Source: Planctomycetota bacterium
GTDB taxonomy: Bacteria > Planctomycetota > Planctomycetia > Pirellulales > JADFKK01
Length of the DNA stretch: 64,000 nucleotides
Direction of reading: 5' to 3'
Assembly (NCBI GenBank): GCA_022564995.1
Contig: JADFKK010000005.1
Coordinates: 1,352-65,351 of the forward strand
Shown here: one piece after another, positions 54,345 through 63,814 of the stretch
Layout: every line of letters starts with the position of its first letter
Numbering within the stretch: the first letter of the stretch is position 1
Made by a program: the position numbers and the translations under genes
Notes under the pieces: model-generated
What the model saw: only the letters and a program-made list of their open reading frames with translations
What the model was told of the DNA's origin: nothing
The model's database searches: none

Positions 54345-55255
54345 CGCATCGCTCCTTCGTTCGTATCGCCCGGGCGAAAACCAAGCCAGGGCCTGCACCA
54401 GTATAGCACGACCGCGATAAGGCCGATGATCGAAGCAACATTGCGCCATTGGCCAAAGTGCTCGTGAAGACGATCAATACGCACCGTGCCAGAATCGACA
54501 AACACGGCATGAACCGACACGGTCGCGTCGTGCCCGAGGACGCTCTGCTCGACGGTGAGCTCCTCGCCCACATAGGTCCGCAGCCGATCACCATCGTCCC
54601 GGGCAAGATAGCGCACACGATCGAGCTGAATAGGGCGGCCGGTTCGATTATTCGGGTCGCGCAACGTGCGCACATTGAGATTGTTTGCCCGCTCGACCGA
54701 AGCGAGAAAGAACAAGGGCAGCATGAGGTAGGCGGCGCCAAGCGCAGCAGCCGTGGCCAGTCGATGCCGTTGGGGCACGGTCACAACGCAGCGGTCCTCG
54801 CGTGACCGCCAGGCCAACGCATAGAGCGCGGCACCTGCCAACGTCAGCAGGGCCGTGATGATCGATTCCGGCCAGAACAGCCCGAAGTTCCAGACTTTCC
54901 ACGAGATCGGTGCGATCAGATGAACGCCGTTGCCCCACTTGGTCTGAGCGGCGTCGAGCAGCAAGTGGATCAGGCAGTTTAGCGTCAAAACGGCGAAAAC
55001 AATTCGCGGCGCCTTGGAGATCGCCGCCAGAGCGCCGGCGAGCAAGAGAGTCACCAGCAGCGAACTTTGGGCGACCGCGTAAAGTCGCAGATCATACGGA
55101 TCGACGCCCGTCGGCAGAGCAGAGAGAACGCGACGCGCGATCCAGGGGAGATCCGGCAGAATGCAGCCGAGATAGATCCATTTGCGTTCGGCTTTGGGCA
55201 GCAGACGCCGCGTCAGAAGCTCGCCGACGCCGAGATGAGCAATGGTATTGGGCAT
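54341..55255 (-). CDS. polytopic membrane protein, possible metal-dependent hydrolase (YdjM/DUF4184-like, weak)
   Basis: 304 aa. MPNTIAHLGVG N-terminus and His-containing TM segments. First gene of a three-gene minus-strand operon. Confidence 0.5.
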   Translation of the reverse strand: MPNTIAHLGVGELLTRRLLPKAERKWIYLGCILPDLPWIARRVLSALPTGVDPYDLRLYAVAQSSLLVTLLLAGALAAISKAPRIVFAVLTLNCLIHLLLDAAQTKWGNGVHLIAPISWKVWNFGLFWPESIITALLTLAGAALYALAWRSREDRCVVTVPQRHRLATAAALGAAYLMLPLFFLASVERANNLNVRTLRDPNNRTGRPIQLDRVRYLARDDGDRLRTYVGEELTVEQSVLGHDATVSVHAVFVDSGTVRIDRLHEHFGQWRNVASIIGLIAVVLYWCRPWLGFRPGDTNEGAMR

Positions 55256-55813
55256 CCGTAGAACTCCAGCATCGATCCGCTGGAATTAGGAATTAGCGGT
55301 GACGTGGTCAACGGGAGCCCAGGCCGGCGACAAAGATGCCGGCCTTCTAAGGCCCAGTAATTTCCAGGGTGTAAAAGCACCAATCGCACCGCTTGAGGCC
55401 ACTCACGGCGATTTTGGGGCGTCGTTTGCCGCCGAGTTTTGCAAAACCTGCGAAGAACCACAAAGCCGGCCCGCCCGTTCCTTCGACGCTGCTGCCAAAT
55501 TGCGTCAATCTGCACAAAGCCACAAAGAATGCTGGTCGCCACACTTCCACTCGATTGACCCTCAGAAGTCGATTGCATCTGGCCACCGGGGTGGTACAAT
55601 GTTGATTTTGGAGCTCCAAGTAGCTTGCTCAAATAGGTTGCTCTTATAAATTCAATGACTGTTTAACGTAGAGTTTCATGCGAGATTGAGTTTTGTGTTT
55701 TCGTGCTTCCTGATGTTTGTGGGATCGTTGATAGTGCTTGGTCCGACAGGCGCTGCACCGCTCAGTTACACAATTCTTACGATCGCAGAGATTCTATCGC
55801 GCCGGAGAACAGA

Positions 55814-57145
55814 ATGTCTGAGCGACTTGCAACGAAGAAATCTTGCCGCACCGCCTGCGCATTCACCTTTAGTTGGGTTGCGGCGGTTGTCGTCATTTGG
55901 CTCTTTGGTGCGTACCAATTGCGTGCAGAACCCCCTCAGCTATTAGGTCTGACTGTGATGGCTTACCTCGCATGCTGGGCGCCGTTTTTCGTGGTATCAA
56001 GGCAAAACAAACGTATGCAAGCGATACGTTTTGTCGTCGCTAATCTATCGCTACTGCTGGCCCTGGCCGTTGTCGAGCTGGCCGCACTCACCAATTTGGT
56101 AGACTACCGCCTCGTTTTTGGTAATTACATTTACCCTAGGGACAATCCAACAAACATGCTGGATAGTGAACTCATACATATACATCCGCCGTACCTTCAT
56201 GAAAAGGGGCAATTAATGGGTGGAGATCTGGCACGGTTGGCGAGACGGCATGATTTCGTTGTAACCACACGGCCTTACGATGTGCGGTACGATCGCAATG
56301 GCTTTCGAAACGACGTGGATTATGATACCGCAAACTGCATTGTCATCGGAGATTCGTTTGTTGAAGGGGGAAACGTGTCTTCTGACGAACTTCTAACTCA
56401 TCAAATCGCAGAAATTCTGGGGATTTCCGTCGTCAATCTTGGCCAATCGATGTATGGGCCGCAACAGGAATTGAAAGTCTTTGAGAGATTTGGCAAAGAT
56501 TTGCATCCAAACGTCTGCGTGTGGGTATTTTTTGAGGGCAATGACCTGGGGGATGTTTGGTCATATCGAGGCATTGTAAGAGATTGGCCCAACCACACGT
56601 GGAAGGGAAAAACATTTGCGAGAAATGCATTCGTCTGGCTGAGCGCGAAGCTTGAAACCTTCGCACCACGTGTGGACAAATCGGGTTTGTTTACGTCGAG
56701 TGATGGTAGACAACGACTATTGTTTGGATATGCTGGCGATAAATTGTCGGCGCGGGATATTGAGGCGTTGGAGATTGCGACGGCGTCAATTGCGGACGCA
56801 CATGCGTCTTGCGTAAAGAGCGACATCCAGCTCGTCGTGGTCTTCGCTCCCACGAAGTTCAGGGTCTACAGCGATTTCTGCAGCTTCGCAGAGGACTCAC
56901 CGATTCGAGACTGGGAGTTGAACGATCTGCCTAGGAAGTTGTCGCAATCCATCCAAGGAGTCTCTAGTGAAATCGGTTTTTTGGATTTAACAACCGAACT
57001 CAAGCAAAGTGCGAAGAACGGGGTGATTCTGTACTATCCAGACGACACTCATTGGTCGCCAGAGGGACACGAAGTAGCAGGGCGCACCATCTCTCAATTT
57101 CTTCAGGCGAATTACAACGGTCTGTTGAATCGAGATTTGAAGTAG
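55814..57145 (+). CDS. AlgX/AlgJ-like SGNH-fold protein (polysaccharide O-acyl modification family), membrane-anchored
   Basis: About 443 aa from ATG 55814 after GGAGA. TM segments. IVIGDSFVEGG block I. FFEGNDL. C-terminal PDDTHWSPEGH (DxxH-type block as in AlgJ/AlgX). Visibly AT-richer than neighbouring genes. Confidence 0.65.
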   Translation: MSERLATKKSCRTACAFTFSWVAAVVVIWLFGAYQLRAEPPQLLGLTVMAYLACWAPFFVVSRQNKRMQAIRFVVANLSLLLALAVVELAALTNLVDYRLVFGNYIYPRDNPTNMLDSELIHIHPPYLHEKGQLMGGDLARLARRHDFVVTTRPYDVRYDRNGFRNDVDYDTANCIVIGDSFVEGGNVSSDELLTHQIAEILGISVVNLGQSMYGPQQELKVFERFGKDLHPNVCVWVFFEGNDLGDVWSYRGIVRDWPNHTWKGKTFARNAFVWLSAKLETFAPRVDKSGLFTSSDGRQRLLFGYAGDKLSARDIEALEIATASIADAHASCVKSDIQLVVVFAPTKFRVYSDFCSFAEDSPIRDWELNDLPRKLSQSIQGVSSEIGFLDLTTELKQSAKNGVILYYPDDTHWSPEGHEVAGRTISQFLQANYNGLLNRDLK

Positions 57146-57261
57146 GGCAAGATCGACAGAGAAGGTGGGCCAGCAGGATGCCCCGTCGATTTCGTGGTCC
57201 GTCGACCGGGCAGACAACGACTCCTCTGAATGACGGCCGAAGCCCGCGGGCGGTCAGCGCG

Positions 57262-57291
57262 CGAGGGCCGGTTCGAATCCTGTCCCATCCG
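57262..57291 (+). other. tRNA 3'-end-like fragment (T-arm plus acceptor-like strand), not an intact tRNA
   Basis: GCCGG-TTCGAAT-CCTGT-CCCATCC-G contains the canonical GGTTCGAATCC T-loop box (57270-57280). There is one T-stem mismatch. No convincing D or anticodon arms lie upstream. Confidence 0.25.
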
Positions 57292-57302
57292 CTTTGTTTC
57301 TC

Positions 57303-57335
57303 GACGTTTCCCCCAGTTTTCTCGGGGGAAACGTC
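57303..57335. terminator. strong hairpin between convergent genes (possible terminator, no U-tract)
   Basis: 12-bp perfect stem GACGTTTCCCCC/GGGGGAAACGTC with a 9-nt loop. Confidence 0.35.
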
Positions 57336-57438
57336 ATCACGGCTGCCGGCCGAACCGCTTGCTTTCACGGCATCGGATTGCACCGGATTGCCCTCTTCTG
57401 CGCCGTTTGGTGCCACGCAGAGCGCCACACTGTTTTGG

Positions 57439-57987
57439 TCACCTGCCGGCGGTGCGATGCGGCCATACGTGCCGAACGTCGGGTCCACGGGAGTCTTCGT
57501 ATCGATTCGCCCGAAATCCCCGATCGTGGCGTCGCGTCATGGGCCCATCGTGATTGTTAAAGGACATTCCGTTCCAGTAGATTGCGCGCAGGGCCACTTC
57601 GCCCACAACAAAGAACACGACAAGCGAAAGTAGAACACGGGGAACCGCTCGCTTGGCGTAACGAACTAGCCGATCCGCCGTAGTGGGGGAGCAGCGGCGA
57701 ATGGTCGCCAAGGCTAGTATTACAAGCAGTCCGAGCCCGCCAAGCTGAATAAAGGCGTCCCGTTGGAATGGGAACAGGTACGTCGAAAGATGCTCATTGC
57801 CAATTGCGTGCTCCAAGGCACCGATGATAACAAGAGCCGCAAGGATAATGGCCGGTTTCCGCATCAAACGGAAAGCCCCGGAGAGGCGCGTCGATGAAGC
57901 AGTTTTGATCGAAGTCGGATGCGACCCCGCTTCTTCGGCTACGTGGGAGTTATGTTTTTCTGCCATCAATGAATGGCCCCTATTCAT
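57439..57987 (-). CDS. hypothetical membrane protein
   Basis: 182-aa ORF with three hydrophobic segments and no recognised family. The C-terminal part (ALRAIYWNG...NRYEDSRGPD) resembles the pre-catalytic region of the SGNH gene at 36975-38012, so it may be a truncated paralogue. Confidence 0.35.
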   Translation of the reverse strand: MNRGHSLMAEKHNSHVAEEAGSHPTSIKTASSTRLSGAFRLMRKPAIILAALVIIGALEHAIGNEHLSTYLFPFQRDAFIQLGGLGLLVILALATIRRCSPTTADRLVRYAKRAVPRVLLSLVVFFVVGEVALRAIYWNGMSFNNHDGPMTRRHDRGFRANRYEDSRGPDVRHVWPHRTAGR

Positions 57988-58058
57988 CTCTATTCATCTA
58001 TGTCTGTGGGGTCGAATTCTGGAGAATGATGGCTGCTAGCGGGCGCATGAGTTAGCCA

Positions 58059-59237
58059 TCAGCAGACAGCTTCGCCCATCGCGAGATCCCGGCTCGATAG
58101 CAGTTCTTCGAAAACTGCCAGGTACTGTGCAGCACATTGCTCGACGGTGAATTTCTGTGACAACTCGAGGTTATATCGTCCGTATTCGTCGCGAAGCATT
58201 TCGCTCCGAAGCAGCCGATTAACACACTCCTGAAACCGCTTGCGATCATTGAGCTTCACCAGAAATCCGGTCTTGCCATCCTCCAAGAAGTCGCTTTGGC
58301 CGCCGTGGTCGTAGGTCACAATCGGCAGTCCGCAGAACATCGCCTCGACAAACATCAGGCCGAAGCCTTCGTGCATCGTCGTCGACGCAAACACGTCGGC
58401 CGCCTGAAGATACTCAAGTTTCTGCTGCTCACTCACAAAGCCGGGGAGAAAGACTCGGTCTCGGACGTTTAGCTCTTGGGCCAGCGATTCCAATCGCTGT
58501 CGCTCGGGGCCTTCGCCGAGTAACACCAAGGCCGCAGGCGCCGAATCGATCCGGGCCAACATCTCGATAAGCTGGTGATTTGCCTTCCGCGAGACGAGCC
58601 GTCCTACCGAGATCATGACGAAAGCGTCTTCGGGCAGCCCCAACTCGGCGCGGGCAAACGCGGGAAGCTCCGGACGCTTTAGGCCGTGTGGAATGATCGT
58701 GATCGGTCGCTGATATCCATATATGTCTCGCGCGTTGGCCGCGGTGTTTTCCGATTGGGCGAGCACCCGGTCGGTTCGCCGCAGAACCCAGCGGACGACG
58801 TTGCGTAGTCCGGGAATTCGGTGGGGAGAAAGACGTTTAGACGGGTCGTAGATGTCGCCGCCGTGGATACAAAGCGCGTGAGGAATTTTGTTTCGCCGGG
58901 CCAGCAGCACGGAGGAAGGACCGGTCGGCACGGCAAAGTGCGCGTTGATGATGTCGGGCCGGAACTGGTCGATCAGCGCTTGTCCTTTCCGCATCGATGC
59001 CGGGAAAAAGCTCAGCATCGACCTCATGCTCGCGGTCGACTTCGCGTTACGCCCCAGCACGTTAACTCGGTGAACGTCGACGCCGCCGACCGTTTCGCGG
59101 GCAGGCAGATCGCGGCAGCCCGACGTAAGCACGACGACTTCGTGGCGGTTCGACAATTCCTCAACGATATGCTGATGGATAACGCCGCCGCCGCCGCCGA
59201 GTGGCGGATATTCGTAGTTGATGGTGAGAATTCTCAC
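58059..59237 (-). CDS. glycosyltransferase family 4 (GT-B, group 1)
   Basis: 392 aa from GTG 59237, preceded by AGGAG/AAGGA. RILTINYEYPPLGGGGG N-terminus. EGFGLMFVEAMFCGLPIV (E-x7-E). Confidence 0.85.
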   Translation of the reverse strand: MRILTINYEYPPLGGGGGVIHQHIVEELSNRHEVVVLTSGCRDLPARETVGGVDVHRVNVLGRNAKSTASMRSMLSFFPASMRKGQALIDQFRPDIINAHFAVPTGPSSVLLARRNKIPHALCIHGGDIYDPSKRLSPHRIPGLRNVVRWVLRRTDRVLAQSENTAANARDIYGYQRPITIIPHGLKRPELPAFARAELGLPEDAFVMISVGRLVSRKANHQLIEMLARIDSAPAALVLLGEGPERQRLESLAQELNVRDRVFLPGFVSEQQKLEYLQAADVFASTTMHEGFGLMFVEAMFCGLPIVTYDHGGQSDFLEDGKTGFLVKLNDRKRFQECVNRLLRSEMLRDEYGRYNLELSQKFTVEQCAAQYLAVFEELLSSRDLAMGEAVC

Positions 59238-59254
59238 GATGTCGTCCTTACTCC

Positions 59255-60013
59255 TTAACCTTTCGGCCTGATACAAACCGCGCCGATTTTCTTGGTGAAC
59301 GTTTTGTTGTTTTTTCCGTAGAGTTTGAACAAGATGCGAAACACAAGATGAAGACATCCGGTCACGGCCATCCCGACATAATTGAGCGGATTCTTGTAAA
59401 ACACGTACAAATTGAGCGGCATGACGCGAATCTCTTTGAAATCCGCCAATTCCAGAGCCTGAGCGAGGCTGTACTCGGTGAACGTGTTAAAGTGATCGAG
59501 ATTCTGGGCGAAGGCCTCCGCGCCGGTGATCGGGTTGGCGCCGTTCAGCCCATAGACGAAAAGCGTTCCGCCGGGCCGAAGGCTGTTGTGGCAAAGTTTC
59601 AAGAAGTCGATCATCTCGTCCTTCGTGAGATGATTCAGTTCCTGCTCGCAGATAATTATGTCATACGACTCCGGCCGTTCGGCCAGAAAACCAAAGGCCT
59701 CGGCCACGCGACAATTAAGACCGCGCTCGTCGGCATATTTAACCTTCTCGGGGTCGGAGTCGATGCCCAGAACTTTGTCGTAACCCACGTCGTTGAGCAG
59801 CGACACGAAATATCCCGGCCCACAGCTCACGATGAGCGTTTCGGAGCCGCGATCTTCCGGCATGTACTTGAGGTAATTGCTGCGATAATACTGACGGAAC
59901 GACGCGTAGCCCTGCTCGATGTTGTCCGGCGCTTGCCAGTACGAGTCGAATGGCTCGAGCCGGGCAGCAAGCTGGCGCCGAGTTGGCATTTCGGTTTCCT
60001 TTCGCGGTAGCAT
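59255..60013 (-). CDS. class I SAM-dependent methyltransferase
   Basis: ATG 60013 overlaps the upstream TGA by 1 nt. Motif I-like LIVSCGPGYF. Motif II DIIICEQ. LRPGGTLFV. Confidence 0.8.
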   Translation of the reverse strand: MLPRKETEMPTRRQLAARLEPFDSYWQAPDNIEQGYASFRQYYRSNYLKYMPEDRGSETLIVSCGPGYFVSLLNDVGYDKVLGIDSDPEKVKYADERGLNCRVAEAFGFLAERPESYDIIICEQELNHLTKDEMIDFLKLCHNSLRPGGTLFVYGLNGANPITGAEAFAQNLDHFNTFTEYSLAQALELADFKEIRVMPLNLYVFYKNPLNYVGMAVTGCLHLVFRILFKLYGKNNKTFTKKIGAVCIRPKG

Positions 60014-61005
60014 CAATTGAGCAATCCTTCTTCAGCGTACCAATGGGCGGTTCTCTTCGCGCCTTCATCGAAGTCAACCTGCGGCTCAAAGCCGATAGCC
60101 AACCGCGCGTCTTCTCCGGAGAAGGCGAAAGACAGAATGAAAAAGTTGAGCCGGCGACGATGCAGGGGCGGCTGAATACCGATTCGCCCCAATGTCTGCT
60201 CCATTCCGATGGCGGTCCACCAGAACAATGCCATCGGAAAACGTCGCGTTGGGGCGCGCATCTCAAGCGCCGCGGCAGTGGCCGCCACCATGTCGCGGGT
60301 TGCCGTCGGAGAAGGGCCGGCGAGCACGAATGTTTGGCCGACCGCGTTGTCGATTCGAGCCGACCGCATGAGCCCTTCGATCAAGTCGTCGATGTAAATC
60401 GGGTGATGTAAATTCGACCCATCTCCGACGAGAAAGAACTTGCCGCGTTTGACGCCCCTGAACAGCTTGAGCAATCGGCCATCGCCTGGCCCATAAGTTT
60501 CGGAGATCCTGACGATGACACAGGAGAGCCGGTCGCGATAGCCCCGCACGACGTTTTCGGCCTCCAGCTTCGTGGTTCCGTAGATATTCGTCGGCGTCGT
60601 GGGCGAATCGTCATGCACGGTCACGCCCTTGGTCCCGCCGTAGACGCCGATCGTGCTGCCGTGAACGAATCGCGGCACGCCGGCATCGGCGGCGGCCTCT
60701 AAAAGGTTTTTCGTGCCGGTCACGTTGACGTCCCAAAACCGCTGATCGCCAACATTGGCCTCGTGCTGGGCCGCAGCCAAATGAAAAACGACTACCACGC
60801 CGTCCACTGCCCGCCGCACGGCGTCGATGTCGGTGACCGATCCCAAAACAACCTCGACGCCCTGGTCTTGAAGCAGCTTAGCGTTGGCCTCTTCGGCAGG
60901 ATTATTGGCCTGTGTAAACACGCGCACCGCATGACCTTCGCCAATCGCCGAAAGCGCAAGCCGACAGCCGATAAATCCCGTGCCGCCCGTGATGAGCATC
61001 TTCAT
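60013..61005 (-). CDS. NAD-dependent epimerase/dehydratase (SDR family)
   Basis: 330 aa from ATG 61005 (MKMLITGGTGFIG). Catalytic YGTTK (YxxxK). Confidence 0.85.
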   Translation of the reverse strand: MKMLITGGTGFIGCRLALSAIGEGHAVRVFTQANNPAEEANAKLLQDQGVEVVLGSVTDIDAVRRAVDGVVVVFHLAAAQHEANVGDQRFWDVNVTGTKNLLEAAADAGVPRFVHGSTIGVYGGTKGVTVHDDSPTTPTNIYGTTKLEAENVVRGYRDRLSCVIVRISETYGPGDGRLLKLFRGVKRGKFFLVGDGSNLHHPIYIDDLIEGLMRSARIDNAVGQTFVLAGPSPTATRDMVAATAAALEMRAPTRRFPMALFWWTAIGMEQTLGRIGIQPPLHRRRLNFFILSFAFSGEDARLAIGFEPQVDFDEGAKRTAHWYAEEGLLN

Positions 61006-61046
61006 GGTGTTCAATGGTTTCCTTTGGTCGCACCGAGCATCGTGAT

Positions 61047-61931
61047 TCACTTCGTGTGAGCCTTGTTTCCGATCACAACGGCGTGCCAACCGAACGGTCG
61101 TATGACACACTCCGGCATGAACCCGTAGCATGGCACGAACACGCGGTTAAACAAAGCTCCGAGCGCCCCTTTGCGAACCGTCGGCGACGGGCGAAAGTGC
61201 TCCATGGTGATCTTTAAGTCGGTCGCCGTCCGAAAGAGTTGACGCAACTGTCCCTTAGAAAAAGTCCGAATGATCGGCGCGTCCGCGTCGGCGAATTCAA
61301 CATTCGTGCGTGTGAGTTTGGACAACAGATTGAACCATGAATACCGATGATACAAAATGATCACCAGCGTCCCGCCAGGGCGAAGAACCCGGAGAATCTC
61401 GGCCGCGGCTGCCTTGATGTTGGGCGTATGCTGAATCACGCCGGACGAATAGACGATGTCAAAAGAATCGCTGGCGAACGGAAGATCCTCGCAATTGGCC
61501 CTCATCACGGTTGCCTTCAGATCGCGAGACGCCAAATGCTGCTGGGCGAGTTCCACGGCGCGGGGCGCAATGTCGATCCCTGTGGCATCCAGCCCACGGC
61601 GGGCGATCTGACAAAGGTCGTTTCCCAATCCACAACCGATCTCCAAGAGCTTACCACCGGGCAATTGGGCGATATGGTCGAACAATCCGGCCTTGTAAGG
61701 AAATCGCTCGAAGCCGGCCTCGATTTCGGCGAAGAATTCGGGCGATCCCTCCTCTATCGGCGAATCGCCCAGGAACTGAGTCGAGTTGAGGTGCGCATTC
61801 CAATAATCGACAACCTGTTCTAGCTCGCCGTTGACACCGTTATTGGAATCGGGTGGCAACTCGCTGACCACGGTCGCGTCGTCACGCTTTTCAATGCCAG
61901 GCGTCTCGCGAAAATTGGATGGAGTCATCAT
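61047..61931 (-). CDS. class I SAM-dependent methyltransferase
   Basis: 294 aa. LLEIGCGLGND (motif I). FDIVYSSGVIQH. LRPGGTLVI. Confidence 0.8.
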   Translation of the reverse strand: MMTPSNFRETPGIEKRDDATVVSELPPDSNNGVNGELEQVVDYWNAHLNSTQFLGDSPIEEGSPEFFAEIEAGFERFPYKAGLFDHIAQLPGGKLLEIGCGLGNDLCQIARRGLDATGIDIAPRAVELAQQHLASRDLKATVMRANCEDLPFASDSFDIVYSSGVIQHTPNIKAAAAEILRVLRPGGTLVIILYHRYSWFNLLSKLTRTNVEFADADAPIIRTFSKGQLRQLFRTATDLKITMEHFRPSPTVRKGALGALFNRVFVPCYGFMPECVIRPFGWHAVVIGNKAHTK

Positions 61932-62029
61932 TTGTTACGTTTCTTGGGTCATGGCGATGGTTCGGACAGAACACGGCCCGCCGCGGAACATTCGGCTTGC
62001 CGGGCGCTCCATGCGGTTAGATTCGGTGT

Positions 62030-63088
62030 TTATTGGCGAACCCTTGAATCGGCGCTCAATTCTGGGCTGGTCACTTCAATATCACGATCGGCCGACCAAT
62101 CGCTGATGCCTGCCGCATTACGTTGGCGTCGCTGCATGAATGCAATCCCACCAGGAAGCGCGTAAGTGTAATAAAGGATTAGGCGGACGATGGAGATACC
62201 CAAAGCGATGTCGGGGGAGACCCCAATCAGCGAAAACAGGTATACATCGCCAGCTTGAGTTAAACCCAGGCCGCCAAGGCTGATTGGTATCAGCAATAAT
62301 AGACAGATAAGCGATTGGATGGTAATCGCTTCGACGAGTGAAATATCGACGGAAAACGCGACGCAAATATAGAATAACGCAACACCCCCACACAAGTAAA
62401 ACAGGAACGAGTGAGCCAGTGCCACGAGGATCGATCGCCGCGGAAACTCCCGAAATGTCCGGTTCAGGTGATATGCCAGTCGAGTGCATCGGCCGAGCAG
62501 CGAGCGTCGAGTTCGGAACCTTAGGTTGACGATGAGGCGACGGTTGAGCGCGATTGCCATTCCGCCCACCGCCACGACCGTTATTCCGCCACAAAGCGCC
62601 AAAATCGGACGCGTCGCAAACCGCTGCCAGCCAAATGCGACCACCAACAGGCACAGAATGACCAACGATACGACGCCCAGCGCACGTTCAGCCAGGATCG
62701 TCGCTCCAACTTTGAGTCGTTTGCCGGTGACATTACCAGCCATGTGCCAGCGGACTACATCGCCGCCTACGATTCCGGGAAGGCACGCACTAACAAACAG
62801 TCCGATCAAGTACAGCCTGAGCAGAGTCCATCCGTTGACGACAATGCCGAGTCCATGAAGTAGAACGTGCCATTTGTACGTCGAGACGATAACCATTAGC
62901 CCGGTCGACACGAGAGCTACGACGAGCCAAACGCTGAGCGATTCATACAGCGTAGCAGCCCAGCCCGTAAGATCGACACGAGAAAAGAGAAAGCCAAGAA
63001 TTGCCGTGGTGACGGCCACCCGCCCTGCGACAGCCCAGCGACTCCCGCTGTTCTTGGTTGTTCTCGGCCTGTCTTGCATTGCATTCAC
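62030..63088 (-). CDS. flippase-like / lysylphosphatidylglycerol-synthase TM-domain family membrane protein (UPF0104)
   Basis: 352 aa with about 8 TM segments. Family-typical GIVGGDVVRW block. Start is GTG 63088 or ATG 63079. Confidence 0.7.
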   Translation of the reverse strand: MNAMQDRPRTTKNSGSRWAVAGRVAVTTAILGFLFSRVDLTGWAATLYESLSVWLVVALVSTGLMVIVSTYKWHVLLHGLGIVVNGWTLLRLYLIGLFVSACLPGIVGGDVVRWHMAGNVTGKRLKVGATILAERALGVVSLVILCLLVVAFGWQRFATRPILALCGGITVVAVGGMAIALNRRLIVNLRFRTRRSLLGRCTRLAYHLNRTFREFPRRSILVALAHSFLFYLCGGVALFYICVAFSVDISLVEAITIQSLICLLLLIPISLGGLGLTQAGDVYLFSLIGVSPDIALGISIVRLILYYTYALPGGIAFMQRRQRNAAGISDWSADRDIEVTSPELSADSRVRQ

Positions 63089-63144
63089 GGTCGATTGATT
63101 CTAACGCTCTTGCGAGTCCAGTCCGGTCGTTCGATGCCAGCCGC

Positions 63145-63801
63145 CTACTTGAGTCCTTTGACGATCATCGCCGAGCCGAAGACTTTCTTGCCGTGGAAGA
63201 GCCGGTCCTGCTTGTAGACCAATTCGACGTCGCGGTAGCGGGCATCGTTGAACATCTTGGTGAGTTCCGGGGGCGTGAGATATCGCACATGCCCCGGCTC
63301 AAACCAACGGAAATACAAATCCCACAAGCTGTAGATCCCAAAGAAACTACGCCGGTTGTTATCCAGAACAAAAAAAGGCGCACCCGGCCGCAGGACGCGG
63401 AGGACTTCGCCCAGCGCGGTTAAGGGCGACGAATAGTGGTGGAACGAAAACGTACACATGGCTCCGTCGAACGAATCGTCGTCGAACGGGAGATTCTCCG
63501 CGTCGGCAATTTGAAAGTCGATGTTCGCGTGCTCGCCGCGCCGCTCACGTGCTTTTTCGATCATGCCGCCGGACAGGTCCACTCCGACGCCGAAACCGAC
63601 ACCGCAACGCTGCGTTGCGTGTTCGACCGCCCAGCCCGTGCCGCAGCCGACGTCCAAAAGACGATCGTTTGCGCCCAGGTCGAGATACTCGACGACCATC
63701 GACTGCATCTCCTGGAAAAAACCGGAGATACGGTCCTTCTCAAAAGTCTCCGACCAACGGTCGAATACGGGAACCGTGCGGCTATTAGCTTGTTGGCCCA
63801 T
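63145..63801 (-). CDS. class I SAM-dependent methyltransferase (Methyltransf_11-like)
   Basis: 218 aa. LLDVGCGTGW (motif I). FDGAMCTFSFHH. LRPGAPFFV. Confidence 0.8.
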   Translation of the reverse strand: MGQQANSRTVPVFDRWSETFEKDRISGFFQEMQSMVVEYLDLGANDRLLDVGCGTGWAVEHATQRCGVGFGVGVDLSGGMIEKARERRGEHANIDFQIADAENLPFDDDSFDGAMCTFSFHHYSSPLTALGEVLRVLRPGAPFFVLDNNRRSFFGIYSLWDLYFRWFEPGHVRYLTPPELTKMFNDARYRDVELVYKQDRLFHGKKVFGSAMIVKGLK

Positions 63802-63814
63802 GTTGTTTCTTCTT

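Noticed and set aside
57176-57291. An intact tRNA, specifically tRNA-Sec given the nearby selenoprotein candidate, because of the GGTTCGAATCC box and a T-arm resembling the E. coli selC T-arm (CAGG-TTCGACT-CCTG).
   Set aside because: The span would be about 116 nt. The acceptor pairing is only 5 of 7-8. No anticodon stem can be drawn, and the only loop-like triplet on this strand is TGA rather than TCA. It is kept only as a fragment-like feature.
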